64,000 nt of DNA from contig JACVGT010000003.1 in assembly GCA_018992685.1 (NCBI GenBank), forward strand, positions 1-64,000, read 5' to 3'. The notes beneath the pieces are model-generated. The model was not told the DNA's origin. It did not search any database and saw only the letters and a program-made list of their open reading frames with translations. The position numbers and the translations under genes are program-made. The stretch is from Theionarchaea archaeon. GTDB lineage: Archaea; Methanobacteriota_B; Thermococci; Methanofastidiosales; SZ-28-30. Positions 18,542-27,951 of the stretch are shown here, one piece after another (the stretch's first letter is position 1; each line of letters opens with the position of its first letter).

Positions 18542-19594
18542 ATGAGTAATCAACATGATCATGTTCAGAGCATTCTGGAAAAGGCAATCGTCATTGACGG
18601 TCACTCCGATATGCTCAATGATGTTATAGCCAAGAGAGACCAGGGAGAAACGGCTGTCATCGCCACCCGACATCTCAAGCGACTGAACCAGGGAGGCTGT
18701 GATGGACAAATCTTTGCCATTTATGTAGAAGCACTTTACAAGCCTGATATGGCCCTAAAACGGGCTATCAGACTGGCAGACTCCCTTTTCCTGGAGATCG
18801 AGGAAGCGCAGGGAAAGATCAGGCTGTGCTATACTGCTGATGACTTTGTGAAAGCAAAGAAAGAAGGAAGCCATGCTGCCCTCTTGGGAATGGAAGGAGC
18901 AGAACCAGTGGCTTCCGATGTGGTGTGGCCCAGCAAGAAACCTCCTGACATGAGTAGACTGCACTTTTTCTACAAAATTGGATTGCGACATGTGGGATTC
19001 ACCTGGCAACAGCGAAACCAGGTGGCCGACGGCGTGGGAGAAGCCCAGGCCGACGGTGGATTGACCAACTTTGGTGCAGAACTGGTAAAAGAAATGAACA
19101 ACCTGGGAATGGTGATAGACCTCGCTCATATAGCAGAGAAAAGCTACTTTGACGTCATGGAAATAACTCGGGATCCTGTAATTGTATCTCACACCAACTG
19201 TAAAGCTGTGTATGATTTTGAACGGTGCATCTCAGATGAACAGATTCACACCCTGGCTGAGAATGGTGGTGTTATGGGAGTGTGTTTCTATCCTGCTCTT
19301 GTGGACGAGAAGGTTCCCAGTCTGGAACGGGTCCTCGACCATGTGGACCATGCTGTCAACCTTGTAGGTGTTGATCACGTGGGATGGGGAGCAGATTTTG
19401 CAGACTATATCCAGTGGAGTGCAGACGAAGTGGGACCTGACATTGAGGAGAAACCCAAGACAGCAGGACTTGAAGATGTCACCAAGCTGCCGAATTTCAC
19501 CGGCGGGTTGCTGGACAGGGGATATTCAGACCAGGACATCACCAAGATACTGGGAGGAAATTACCTTCGAGTATTCAAGCGAGTCCTGAGGTAG
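18542..19594 (+). CDS. Membrane dipeptidase family (peptidase M19)
   Basis: IDGHSD, GMEGAE, IDLAH, VSHTN, DHVGWGADF, ILGGNYLRV. Confidence 0.92.
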   Translation: MSNQHDHVQSILEKAIVIDGHSDMLNDVIAKRDQGETAVIATRHLKRLNQGGCDGQIFAIYVEALYKPDMALKRAIRLADSLFLEIEEAQGKIRLCYTADDFVKAKKEGSHAALLGMEGAEPVASDVVWPSKKPPDMSRLHFFYKIGLRHVGFTWQQRNQVADGVGEAQADGGLTNFGAELVKEMNNLGMVIDLAHIAEKSYFDVMEITRDPVIVSHTNCKAVYDFERCISDEQIHTLAENGGVMGVCFYPALVDEKVPSLERVLDHVDHAVNLVGVDHVGWGADFADYIQWSADEVGPDIEEKPKTAGLEDVTKLPNFTGGLLDRGYSDQDITKILGGNYLRVFKRVLR

Positions 19595-19617
19595 TTCAAA
19601 TAGGTGGAGGTGAGTTA

Positions 19618-21012
19618 ACGAACACGATATCGGGTACTCTTGGAGAGTTCTTGTCGCGCCTGACGTTTGATGAACTCCCTGAAGATGTGGTCCACCAGGC
19701 CAAGAGAATCACTCTTGATACTCTTGGGTGCATGATGGGAGGGTATCAAACCGATCTTGGTGCATCCTTCATCAACCTGGTGAAATCTGTAGATGGGAAG
19801 TCCCAGGCCACACTCATTGGTGACAAAGGAAAACACTCCTGGATTTTCGCTGCCATGGGGAACAGTTACTTAGCAGACCTTCTGGACTACGAGCAGACCC
19901 TGACAGGGCACGAAAGTGCCACCATTGTCCCTGCTGCCCTGGCAGCCGGAGAATTTACCGCTGCCTCCGGGAGAGCAGTTATCAGAGCAGTAGTGGGTGC
20001 ATATGAAATCCAATCACGTATTGGACTGGCAATTGCACCGTCTCCAGCTCGATTCAAACAGATCGCCAGTCCCAGTATTGAGATCAACCATACCTTTGGA
20101 GCAGCGGCAGCTGCAGGGGCCCTCTTTACCATGAAGGCGAGTGACCTGGGGAAAGTGCTTAACATGGCAGGTGATCTCTCACCCATTCCTGCCATTTACA
20201 AGTTCCTGGAACGTCCTGCCTCACAGCTCAAAGGGAAGTACTGGTGGTGCACTCTTGCAGGCTGCTTCAGTGTGCTGCTGTGTCAATCAGGATTTTACGG
20301 CCCCAGAGATATACTTTCGGGGGAGCATGGGTACTGGATTTGTGCAGGATCAGACCAGTGTGACTTTGAGGCATTCACCAGGGATCTGGGAGTGGATTAT
20401 TACATCATGGGAGATTCTTTCAAACCATACCCTTCCTGCAGGTGGACGCACCCTGCCCTGGATGGAATCGATTCAATCGTGAAGGCTCATGCTCTTCACG
20501 CAGATGATATAGCCTCAGTCACCATCAGAACGTCACTGGTTATCAATGATTTCAACCTCAACGATCAACACCCTGTCTCAATGGTGGATGCAGAGTTTTC
20601 TCTTCCCTACAGTGCGGCCATGGTCATCTTGAACATTCCTCCCGGAGTCGCATGGCATCTCCCTGAAACACGGGAGGATGAAAAAGTGCAGGATATCTGT
20701 CAGAAAGTAGAAATAATCACAGATGAGGAACTGAACAGACAGTACTTCGAATCCAAGACTGAACGGGCGAACCCCGCCCTTGTAGAAATCGAGACCGTGA
20801 GTGGAGACGTGTATACTGAACTTGTAACCTGTCCAAAAGGAGATCCTTCTAACGCAATGAGCGATGCAGAACTTGAGCAGAAGGTTCTTCGGCTTGTTAT
20901 GCCCCGCCTGGATTCTTCTCAGGCCCGGGCCTTGATTGATCTGGTGTGGAATCTGGAGAAGGTGGAGGACATTTCGCAGGTGACCGACATGATACGCCTG
21001 CATTTCCAGTAG
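19618..21012 (+). CDS. MmgE/PrpD family protein (apparent ACG start; first canonical start is TTG 19651)
   Basis: LPEDVVHQAKRITLDTLG, GHES, KPYPSCRWTH, AEFSLPY, PKGDPSN. SD GGAGGTGA points to ACG 19618. Confidence 0.88.
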   Translation, partial: TNTISGTLGEFLSRLTFDELPEDVVHQAKRITLDTLGCMMGGYQTDLGASFINLVKSVDGKSQATLIGDKGKHSWIFAAMGNSYLADLLDYEQTLTGHESATIVPAALAAGEFTAASGRAVIRAVVGAYEIQSRIGLAIAPSPARFKQIASPSIEINHTFGAAAAAGALFTMKASDLGKVLNMAGDLSPIPAIYKFLERPASQLKGKYWWCTLAGCFSVLLCQSGFYGPRDILSGEHGYWICAGSDQCDFEAFTRDLGVDYYIMGDSFKPYPSCRWTHPALDGIDSIVKAHALHADDIASVTIRTSLVINDFNLNDQHPVSMVDAEFSLPYSAAMVILNIPPGVAWHLPETREDEKVQDICQKVEIITDEELNRQYFESKTERANPALVEIETVSGDVYTELVTCPKGDPSNAMSDAELEQKVLRLVMPRLDSSQARALIDLVWNLEKVEDISQVTDMIRLHFQ

Positions 21013-21089
21013 ACTCTAGCCCAGCAGCCAGGAAGGAGTAGTTATCCATGAACCAGAACTCTTATATTTCTGGCCGTGCCACCATATCC

Positions 21090-22100
21090 ATGGATCGATA
21101 CGTACGGCAGGTCCTTCTTTCTCAGATAGGGGAGGAAGGCCAGAGAGCGCTCCATGACTCATCGGTTGCCATCATAGGATGCGGCGCCCTGGGCTCATCC
21201 ATTGCAGAACACCTTACCCGGGCAGGAGTTGGAACCATTCTGGTAGTTGATAGAGACTTTATTGAGCTCTCCAACCTGCAGAGGCAGCATTTGTTTACTG
21301 AAATGGATGTAGGAGAGCCCAAGGCAGAGACTGCAGAGACCAAGTTGAAGGCCATCAACTCAGACATCTCCATTACGGGCATTGTGGATGATATCACCTC
21401 CCGAAATGTAGAGCACTACATTCAGGACAGAACTCTTGTCCTGGATGGAACTGATAACCTGGACGTGAGATTTCTGCTCAACGATGCCTGTAACAAGAAC
21501 AAGATTCCCTGGATTTTTGGGGCATGTGTGGCTGTCCACGGAATGAGTATGAATATCCAGCCTGAAGGACCCTGTCTGCGCTGTCTATTTCCCCAAATCC
21601 CTCCCCGTGATAGTATTCCCACCTGTGACACAGTGGGTATCATGAATACCCTGCCCACGATAGTGAGTTCCATCCAGTCAACAGAGGCCATAAAATACCT
21701 GGTGAGCGGACAGCTTGATTCAGGCCTTCTGGTGGTCGACGTGTGGGAGAGAGACGTCCGCACCATCGACGTTTCTCAGAGGAAGAACTGCCCATGCTGT
21801 GTGGATCATATCTATGAATCCCTAGACGTACGTGCCCCCTCTGCCACGATCCTGTGCGGGAGAGATGCAGTCCAGGTTCGCCCTCCTTTTGAAATGTCAC
21901 TCTCTCTTGACAGCCTGGCAGAATCTCTCTCTTCCAGAGGTTTTGTGAAGAGGACTCCACACATTCTGTTTTTCACTCGTGATACTCAGACCTTCAGTAT
22001 CTTTTCAGATGGACGGGCCATCATAAAGGGTACAAATGATGTAAAGGAGGCACAATCGTTATATGAAGAATATGTAGAAAAGTATGCAAAAGAGAAATAG
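21090..22100 (+). CDS. ThiF/MoeB (E1-like) adenylyltransferase
   Basis: RYVRQ, GCGALG, SNLQRQ, DGTDN, PCLRC, TCDTVG, CPCC zinc ligands. Confidence 0.92.
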   Translation: MDRYVRQVLLSQIGEEGQRALHDSSVAIIGCGALGSSIAEHLTRAGVGTILVVDRDFIELSNLQRQHLFTEMDVGEPKAETAETKLKAINSDISITGIVDDITSRNVEHYIQDRTLVLDGTDNLDVRFLLNDACNKNKIPWIFGACVAVHGMSMNIQPEGPCLRCLFPQIPPRDSIPTCDTVGIMNTLPTIVSSIQSTEAIKYLVSGQLDSGLLVVDVWERDVRTIDVSQRKNCPCCVDHIYESLDVRAPSATILCGRDAVQVRPPFEMSLSLDSLAESLSSRGFVKRTPHILFFTRDTQTFSIFSDGRAIIKGTNDVKEAQSLYEEYVEKYAKEK

Positions 22101-22106
22101 GAATCG

Positions 22107-22628
22107 TCAGAGTTCTTTGAAATCTACAAGTCTTTCCAGTCCCTTCCAGTCTTTGTTGATCTGAAGGTTTCGTGCGTTTGTTCTGGACACCTGCAGCACC
22201 ACGTAGGATCTGAGGTAGTCATAGCTGTTGATGAGAAAATTGAGATACCGGTGTACAGAAAGGACGTCTTCTGCGGTCAGGACAATATAGGTCTGAAACT
22301 CGCCCACAGTAAAGTAGCAGTCCAGTACTTTGAGATCTTCTGATACTATCATCTTTTTCTTGAGCCTCTCTTTGAGGAGCTCAGAGTCTCTTTCAGTAAA
22401 GGGATCGCACCTGAAAAGGACAATATACAGTTCAGACATCCTTTCAAAGGCTACATCTACGCTGTACCCTAAAATAATATTTGATTCCTCATATTCTGTG
22501 ATATATTTTTTTACTGTGCTGTGGTGCATTCCCAGACTGTCTGCAATTGAGGTATAGGGTTGGCTGCCTTGGTGGAGCAGTTCTTCCAGTATCTTTTTTT
22601 GTTTTTCATCTTTTTGATTCGTAATCAT
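22107..22628 (-). CDS. Lrp/AsnC family transcriptional regulator
   Basis: N-terminal HTH (YTSIADSLGMHHSTVKKYI...IILGY), RAM-like domain (FTVGEFQ); SD GGAGGT before ATG 22628. Confidence 0.85.
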   Translation of the reverse strand: MITNQKDEKQKKILEELLHQGSQPYTSIADSLGMHHSTVKKYITEYEESNIILGYSVDVAFERMSELYIVLFRCDPFTERDSELLKERLKKKMIVSEDLKVLDCYFTVGEFQTYIVLTAEDVLSVHRYLNFLINSYDYLRSYVVLQVSRTNARNLQINKDWKGLERLVDFKEL

Positions 22629-22653
22629 TAGAGAACCTCCCTCCATCAGAAGG

Positions 22654-23175
22654 CTAACACCCTTCAAAATCAGCCAGTCTTTCCAGTCCGTGCCAATCCA
22701 TGTTAGGATGAAGGTTTCGCTGGTTGGTTCTGGATACTTGGAGTACAACATACGACCTGAGGTAGTTGTAGCTGCTTATGAGGAAGTTGAGATAGCGGTG
22801 CAGAGAAAAGACATTGGTGGTCATGAGCACCACAGAGGTTTGGAACTCGCCAACGGTGAAGAAGTAATCCAGGACCTTCAATTCTTCAGTTTCTGCTGCT
22901 TTCTTCTCCAGTCTTTCCCGGAGCAGTTCGTAGTCTTCTTTGGTGAAGGGATCACACCTGAAAAGGACGATGTACATTTCGGCGATTTTTTCAAAAGCAA
23001 CATCTGCACTGTACCCTATGATGATGCCCGATTCTTCAAGCTCAGCTATGTATTTCTTTACCGTGCTGTGGTGCATTCCCAGGATTTGAGCGATGGTGGA
23101 GTATGAGCGAGTGCCATCCTCCAGGAGCAATTCCAGTATACGCCTACGCTTTTCATCTCTTAGATTGACTGTCAT
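22654..23175 (-). CDS. Lrp/AsnC family transcriptional regulator (tandem paralog)
   Basis: LLEDGTRSYSTIAQILGMHHSTV...LEESGIIIGY; strongly similar to the adjacent gene. Confidence 0.88.
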   Translation of the reverse strand: MTVNLRDEKRRRILELLLEDGTRSYSTIAQILGMHHSTVKKYIAELEESGIIIGYSADVAFEKIAEMYIVLFRCDPFTKEDYELLRERLEKKAAETEELKVLDYFFTVGEFQTSVVLMTTNVFSLHRYLNFLISSYNYLRSYVVLQVSRTNQRNLHPNMDWHGLERLADFEGC

Positions 23176-23388
23176 CTGACACCTCCGCTAGTCAGATTAT
23201 GGGAATCACTGGTCAATAAAAGCTTTGTGGTGGGGTTCTCTGGAAAGAATCGAGAGAGGGTATACCATTTGGCGTCCTCTCTGAGAACCGTGATAATTCC
23301 TCGTTTCAGTAGGAGGAGATGGCTCCAGGATTAGAGTCAACTTTCTCTTCCGAAACCTATAAAAAGGATAGTGCAGGAAGACGAGGTG

Positions 23389-23473
23389 GCGGGGGTTGCC
23401 GAGCCAGGTTAAAGGCGATGGACTCAAGATCCATTCTCGTAGGAGTTCCGGGGTTCGAATCCCTGCCCCCGCA
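23389..23473 (+). tRNA. tRNA-Leu(CAA)
   Basis: GCGGGGG/CCCCCGC acceptor stem, anticodon arm ATGGA-CTCAAGA-TCCAT, long variable arm, GGTTCGAATCC T-loop, upstream CCGAAACCTATAAAA promoter; no encoded CCA. Confidence 0.95.
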
Positions 23474-23699
23474 TGCAGTACCCTGGATTACCTCCTACTT
23501 CTTTCTCAGTTAGGGGTTCTATCTGATCTCAATGATCGAAATCTGCTATGAACACCGTTGCTCTTCTCTGATGCATCTCACTTCCTAACCAGGCATGATT
23601 TTTTTCATAACAAGAAATTAGTACGGAAGGAGAACTGATCAGCACGCCCATGTCTGTGGTTGTTGCAGGAGAAAGAGATCTCTCCGGGGAAGTGCTTTC

Positions 23700-24161
23700 T
23701 CACAAGGGCCCCAGCACCTCATTCAATACGTCTCTTTTTTGCTCGTGCAGTCCATTGATAAAGTGAGCATAGCGGGGAGACAACGACGTTCCCACATTCA
23801 ACCGTTGAATCGTCCTCTTGCTATACACTAGCACATTATAGCTTTCTTCAACTGCACTGTGGGAATACCCTCTGTCCCTGCAATACCTGAAGATGGCATT
23901 GCGGCTCCTGCCAGGGTTTTCCTGCACATACATGACTATTTGCTGTTCCAGTGTGAATTCCTCATAACTTTCATCATCCCACATACTCTCTATTCTGAAA
24001 GATGAACTGTCCGCCCTCCATTCTTCCTGCTCTTGAAGAGTTTCAAACCCATCAATTACTTCTCGCAGTGTTACTGCGGACTGAGATGATGTCTCCAATT
24101 CCTCAAGGGATCCGTTTTTTCCTCCACCTGTCTGTATACTCGACACCTCCAATATGTTCAA
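23700..24161 (-). CDS. Hypothetical protein, acidic N-terminus with possible winged-helix C-terminus
   Basis: 153-aa ORF; IVMYVQENPGRSRNAIF pattern resembles a wHTH start; true start uncertain. Confidence 0.55.
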   Translation of the reverse strand: MNILEVSSIQTGGGKNGSLEELETSSQSAVTLREVIDGFETLQEQEEWRADSSSFRIESMWDDESYEEFTLEQQIVMYVQENPGRSRNAIFRYCRDRGYSHSAVEESYNVLVYSKRTIQRLNVGTSLSPRYAHFINGLHEQKRDVLNEVLGPL

Positions 24162-24312
24162 GAATGCCAGATTTGATCACTATTTCCCCTCATGACCAAC
24201 TTCATTCTACTACAGCCTATCTTTCACAACCAAATAAACGTATTTGTGAGATAAGAACATCATATGTGAAGCTTTCACAAATTTTGTGAAAGTACGGCCC
24301 ATAATTCAAGTC

Positions 24313-25287
24313 CTAGATGTACCCGTGCTCCCTATACCATTGCAAGGTGATTTCAGCCCCCTTCTCAAAGCTGTACTCTGGCTCATACCCAAAATCGTCA
24401 TGTGCCCTCTTCCAGGAATATGCTCTGTTATTCTGAGTAGCTTCTACCGTGGATACATGAACCATAAAATCTTCCCTGCCCAAAAGGCCATAGAGAACCT
24501 CCAGAGGAGCCATGGCCATTTTTGCCAGAACAGCAGGCACATGAAGGCGAGGAGGGGCTCTGTCCAGCAGTCTGCCCAGAATCTCATACACCTCATTATA
24601 GGTTAGTGCCTTCTTACCGGAAACAAAATACAGTCCCCCGATGGCCTTCTGATTTCTCGCTTTCAGAAATCCCTGGACGACGTCTTTCACAAATACAAAG
24701 TCAACCAGATTCTCACCAGATCCGGCCACAAACTTGGTAAAGATGGAGTTCTTGGCCATATGTATCATGAAATAGTACGATACATCGTCCACACATCGGG
24801 GACCATATACTCCCACTGGACGGAGAATGGTGGCAGGATATCCCTGGTCGATCTTTTCTGTGATGAGAGATTCAGCCATCAACTTGGATCTCCCATAATC
24901 ATAGGCAGGATTGGCAGGATACGATTCATCAGCAGGCGGGGTTTTCACAGGACCCATTGCTTCCGCACTGGAGCAGTAGATGAAGTGATCGACACTTTCA
25001 CAGGCCTCAATGAGCAATCTCGTCCCCTGAACGTTCACGCTATAATACCTGTCCCAGACGCCATGGAAGGTATAGTACGCTCCCAGGTGATACACACAGT
25101 CCACATCTCGTGCTGCCCTTTTCAGTGAATCAAGATCTGTCAGATCCCCGTACACCACTTCCACACCAAGAGGTTCCAGATGTGATGTATCAGAACTCTT
25201 CCTCACGAGACACACCACGTCACCAGGCAGGGCTTCAACCAGGTGACTGCCAATAAATCCCGTCCCACCAGTAACCAATGTTTTCAT
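24313..25287 (-). CDS. NAD-dependent epimerase/dehydratase (extended SDR)
   Basis: TGGTGFIG, YGRSK (YxxxK), LRPVGVYGP. Confidence 0.9.
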   Translation of the reverse strand: MKTLVTGGTGFIGSHLVEALPGDVVCLVRKSSDTSHLEPLGVEVVYGDLTDLDSLKRAARDVDCVYHLGAYYTFHGVWDRYYSVNVQGTRLLIEACESVDHFIYCSSAEAMGPVKTPPADESYPANPAYDYGRSKLMAESLITEKIDQGYPATILRPVGVYGPRCVDDVSYYFMIHMAKNSIFTKFVAGSGENLVDFVFVKDVVQGFLKARNQKAIGGLYFVSGKKALTYNEVYEILGRLLDRAPPRLHVPAVLAKMAMAPLEVLYGLLGREDFMVHVSTVEATQNNRAYSWKRAHDDFGYEPEYSFEKGAEITLQWYREHGYI

Positions 25288-25294
25288 GAACCAC

Positions 25295-26083
25295 CTATGT
25301 GAGGAAGAAGATGCGCAGCACATCCCGTAGCCCAGGAGCAGCTCCCAGAATCAAGATAATCAATCGGATAAAATTCTTGTATCCATCATCTTCAATGTCC
25401 TCCACAAAAGACAAGGCAATCCCCACGACGACAATCTTCAGAGGGAACATAACAAAAGGAGTGTCAAACCACCTGATAAGGATCCCTGGGAGCATATGCT
25501 GTTCAAAGTACCCGAACATGGCCAGCCCGAAACTGGTGGCACTGGCATCAAGCATGTGGCCCCCCATGATCTCGATATTTCCGGTGATGAAATCAAGGTT
25601 CAGGAATTTTGAGAGATAGTACACAACGCCCGTCACCAGGACGGCAGTGACCACGATATACACGAGTCCTTTCCAGTTGAAGGCTTCTGCATGGTATGCG
25701 AGAATCCCCACGATGACTGCAAACAGGAGTACTGCTTCTGCTGCCAGAAACTTGTAATAATTCTGGCCTGCTACCCTCACCAGAATCACCAGGGACAGGA
25801 AGGTAATGGCAAAAATCAGAAAGAATATCAATGGTGTCACCAGGATATAGCTCTCTGAGACACCCATATCCTTTAGAACCCTGGCAGATCCACCCACCAG
25901 GACAAATAACCCTACAGAGTAATAGAAATGTCTATCCATCGTTATCTTGTTCCGTAAATACGTGTAAACTGCGTAGGAGGCTATAACCAAAATGATCCCG
26001 TAGGTCAGGGTATTTACCCAGTTGTACCCTTCACCGTATTTTATGGGATCGACAAAGTACTCTTGGATGAATTCAGGAATCAT
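25295..26083 (-). CDS. DUF63 family archaeal membrane protein
   Basis: GYNWVNTLTY, GHMLDASAT, YFEQH, LGAAPGLRD. Confidence 0.8.
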   Translation of the reverse strand: MIPEFIQEYFVDPIKYGEGYNWVNTLTYGIILVIASYAVYTYLRNKITMDRHFYYSVGLFVLVGGSARVLKDMGVSESYILVTPLIFFLIFAITFLSLVILVRVAGQNYYKFLAAEAVLLFAVIVGILAYHAEAFNWKGLVYIVVTAVLVTGVVYYLSKFLNLDFITGNIEIMGGHMLDASATSFGLAMFGYFEQHMLPGILIRWFDTPFVMFPLKIVVVGIALSFVEDIEDDGYKNFIRLIILILGAAPGLRDVLRIFFLT

Positions 26084-26113
26084 ACAGGGTTCTTTTCATC
26101 GTGATTTATTAAC

Positions 26114-27433
26114 CTATTGGTGGTAGAAGGCGGTCTCAGCTGTGGCGTAGACTCTGTTGAAAGGAGGTTCAGAGTAGAGAACACGTTCTTCGGGTCCATA
26201 GTAGATGAAAGAGACATTGTATGTCTGTAATATGGACGTTACATGGTCTGTGTAGAATGTTGTGGTATCTGCAGTCCTTTTGACAAGATCAGGAGCACCA
26301 AACTGGTAAGCGCCTTTTACAGGGGGAGTATGAGAAAAAAAGGCCATGACAGGCGCTGTTCTCCATTCACAGATAACAGTAGAGCCAGAAACTGACGAGG
26401 AAGAAAGCCAGCTGTAACTCTGTGCCTGTTCTGTGGTTACCACGGGGTGATAGGGCTCTATGACCCAGTAGCTTTGGGCAAAGGCCAGCAAAAAAAGAGG
26501 GACAAGTACCCAGTACCGGGAGATTCTGGATAGAGAAACACCTGCCAGTATTACCACAGGGAATACCAGAAACTCTGTGAACCGGTAGGGGAGAGATGGT
26601 GAACCCTGAGATAGCAGGAAAAGGGAACCTGTACCACTGAGAAGAAATACAGTCTCCCTATTCCTGGATAGAAAGACTGCTCCCAGAAAGGCCAGTACCA
26701 TGATGACGAACCCCAGCTTTTCTGGATAGAGCTCCAGGGGATAGGCAAATCCCTTGGGAAAGAAAACGGGAGCATGTGAGAGGCCCCAGGGGACTGATAT
26801 CACCAGAGTAAGTAGAATGACGCCCAAGAAGTGTTTGAGATAATTCTTTCTGAGTATCACCAGCGAGAAGAAGGTGTAGATGAAGATAACTGCTATGAAA
26901 GCTGCACTGGACAGTCCATGGGTCAGAACAAGCAATCCACTAATGACACCTGAGAGAACCCACTTCTGCTGATAGAAAGTGTACAATCCCAGGTTAAACA
27001 GGATGAGCGCCAGCAATTCAGGAGTGTAAGAGACTGCTCTGTCCAGGAACAGGGGACACACTGCCGCCAGCAAAGAGGAGGATATGGCTACCTTTTCGTC
27101 AAAGAGTGTCCTTGTCAAAAGATACAATGCGAGTATGGAAAGGGTGACCAGGAACGGAGGCAAAATTCGGGCCAGCGTTTCCAGGGGGAGTCCTGACCCC
27201 CGGTGCAAAAGGGCTGTTACCACGTGAAAGACAGGTGGGTAGGTGTGGGGTCTACCCTGGGGCCCGAAGGACCCTGAATCCCAGGTGAACTGGCCCTCAC
27301 TGAATTGCCGCGAAATTCGTAAGTGATACCACACATCCCATGAGAGAGGATATTCTTTGGGTATGGTGATGGCTGAGACGGTAGAAAAGGATAGGAGTAC
27401 GACGAAGATCAGGGCGATGCGGCTGGGATGCAT
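26114..27433 (-). CDS. Polytopic membrane protein, GT-C/PMT-like glycosyltransferase
   Basis: DVWYH and YPPVFH motifs, many TM segments, C-terminal soluble domain. Confidence 0.65.
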   Translation of the reverse strand: MHPSRIALIFVVLLSFSTVSAITIPKEYPLSWDVWYHLRISRQFSEGQFTWDSGSFGPQGRPHTYPPVFHVVTALLHRGSGLPLETLARILPPFLVTLSILALYLLTRTLFDEKVAISSSLLAAVCPLFLDRAVSYTPELLALILFNLGLYTFYQQKWVLSGVISGLLVLTHGLSSAAFIAVIFIYTFFSLVILRKNYLKHFLGVILLTLVISVPWGLSHAPVFFPKGFAYPLELYPEKLGFVIMVLAFLGAVFLSRNRETVFLLSGTGSLFLLSQGSPSLPYRFTEFLVFPVVILAGVSLSRISRYWVLVPLFLLAFAQSYWVIEPYHPVVTTEQAQSYSWLSSSSVSGSTVICEWRTAPVMAFFSHTPPVKGAYQFGAPDLVKRTADTTTFYTDHVTSILQTYNVSFIYYGPEERVLYSEPPFNRVYATAETAFYHQ

Positions 27434-27658
27434 GGGGGAGATGTTCTTGGAGGAAGATAAAGGTTTACCTGAGGTGTGTGGGCTGTATTGACCAGGGTGA
27501 ACATGAATACGTGTTGAAATTCTTCCCTGCTGAATATACCAGTTTCTCATCTGGTACAAGATTCGCCATTCTGAGAGGGATTTCATCACTTCAATGTGGG
27601 AGCCCAGATAGTAATTGTCACGAAAAGTATTTTAGAACGGTGGGAGTATCTTCCTATT

Positions 27659-27868
27659 ATGAAATCTGAACACAAAATGTCCATCGGAGCTGTCATGGCT
27701 AGCATTGGAAGCCTGGTACTCGTGCTCTCTCTCCTCGTTGGGCCCATGGATCTGGGACGACCTTTGGATTTCTTGATGGGCTTTGGGGTCGGTCTGTGCA
27801 CTGGTCTCGGCTTAGTTCTGTCCATCAATGGCCTAATAGAAAGAAGAAGGGAAAAGGAATCACTCTAG
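27659..27868 (+). CDS. Small two-TM membrane protein
   Basis: Two hydrophobic helices, DFLMGFGVG, basic tail. Confidence 0.55.
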   Translation: MKSEHKMSIGAVMASIGSLVLVLSLLVGPMDLGRPLDFLMGFGVGLCTGLGLVLSINGLIERRREKESL

Positions 27869-27951
27869 CCTGCTGTGGATGGAATATATCCCAAAAATTC
27901 AAATTTCTCCTTCTCAGTTTTTCTTTCTCTGGGTCCCATTTACCAGCCTAC

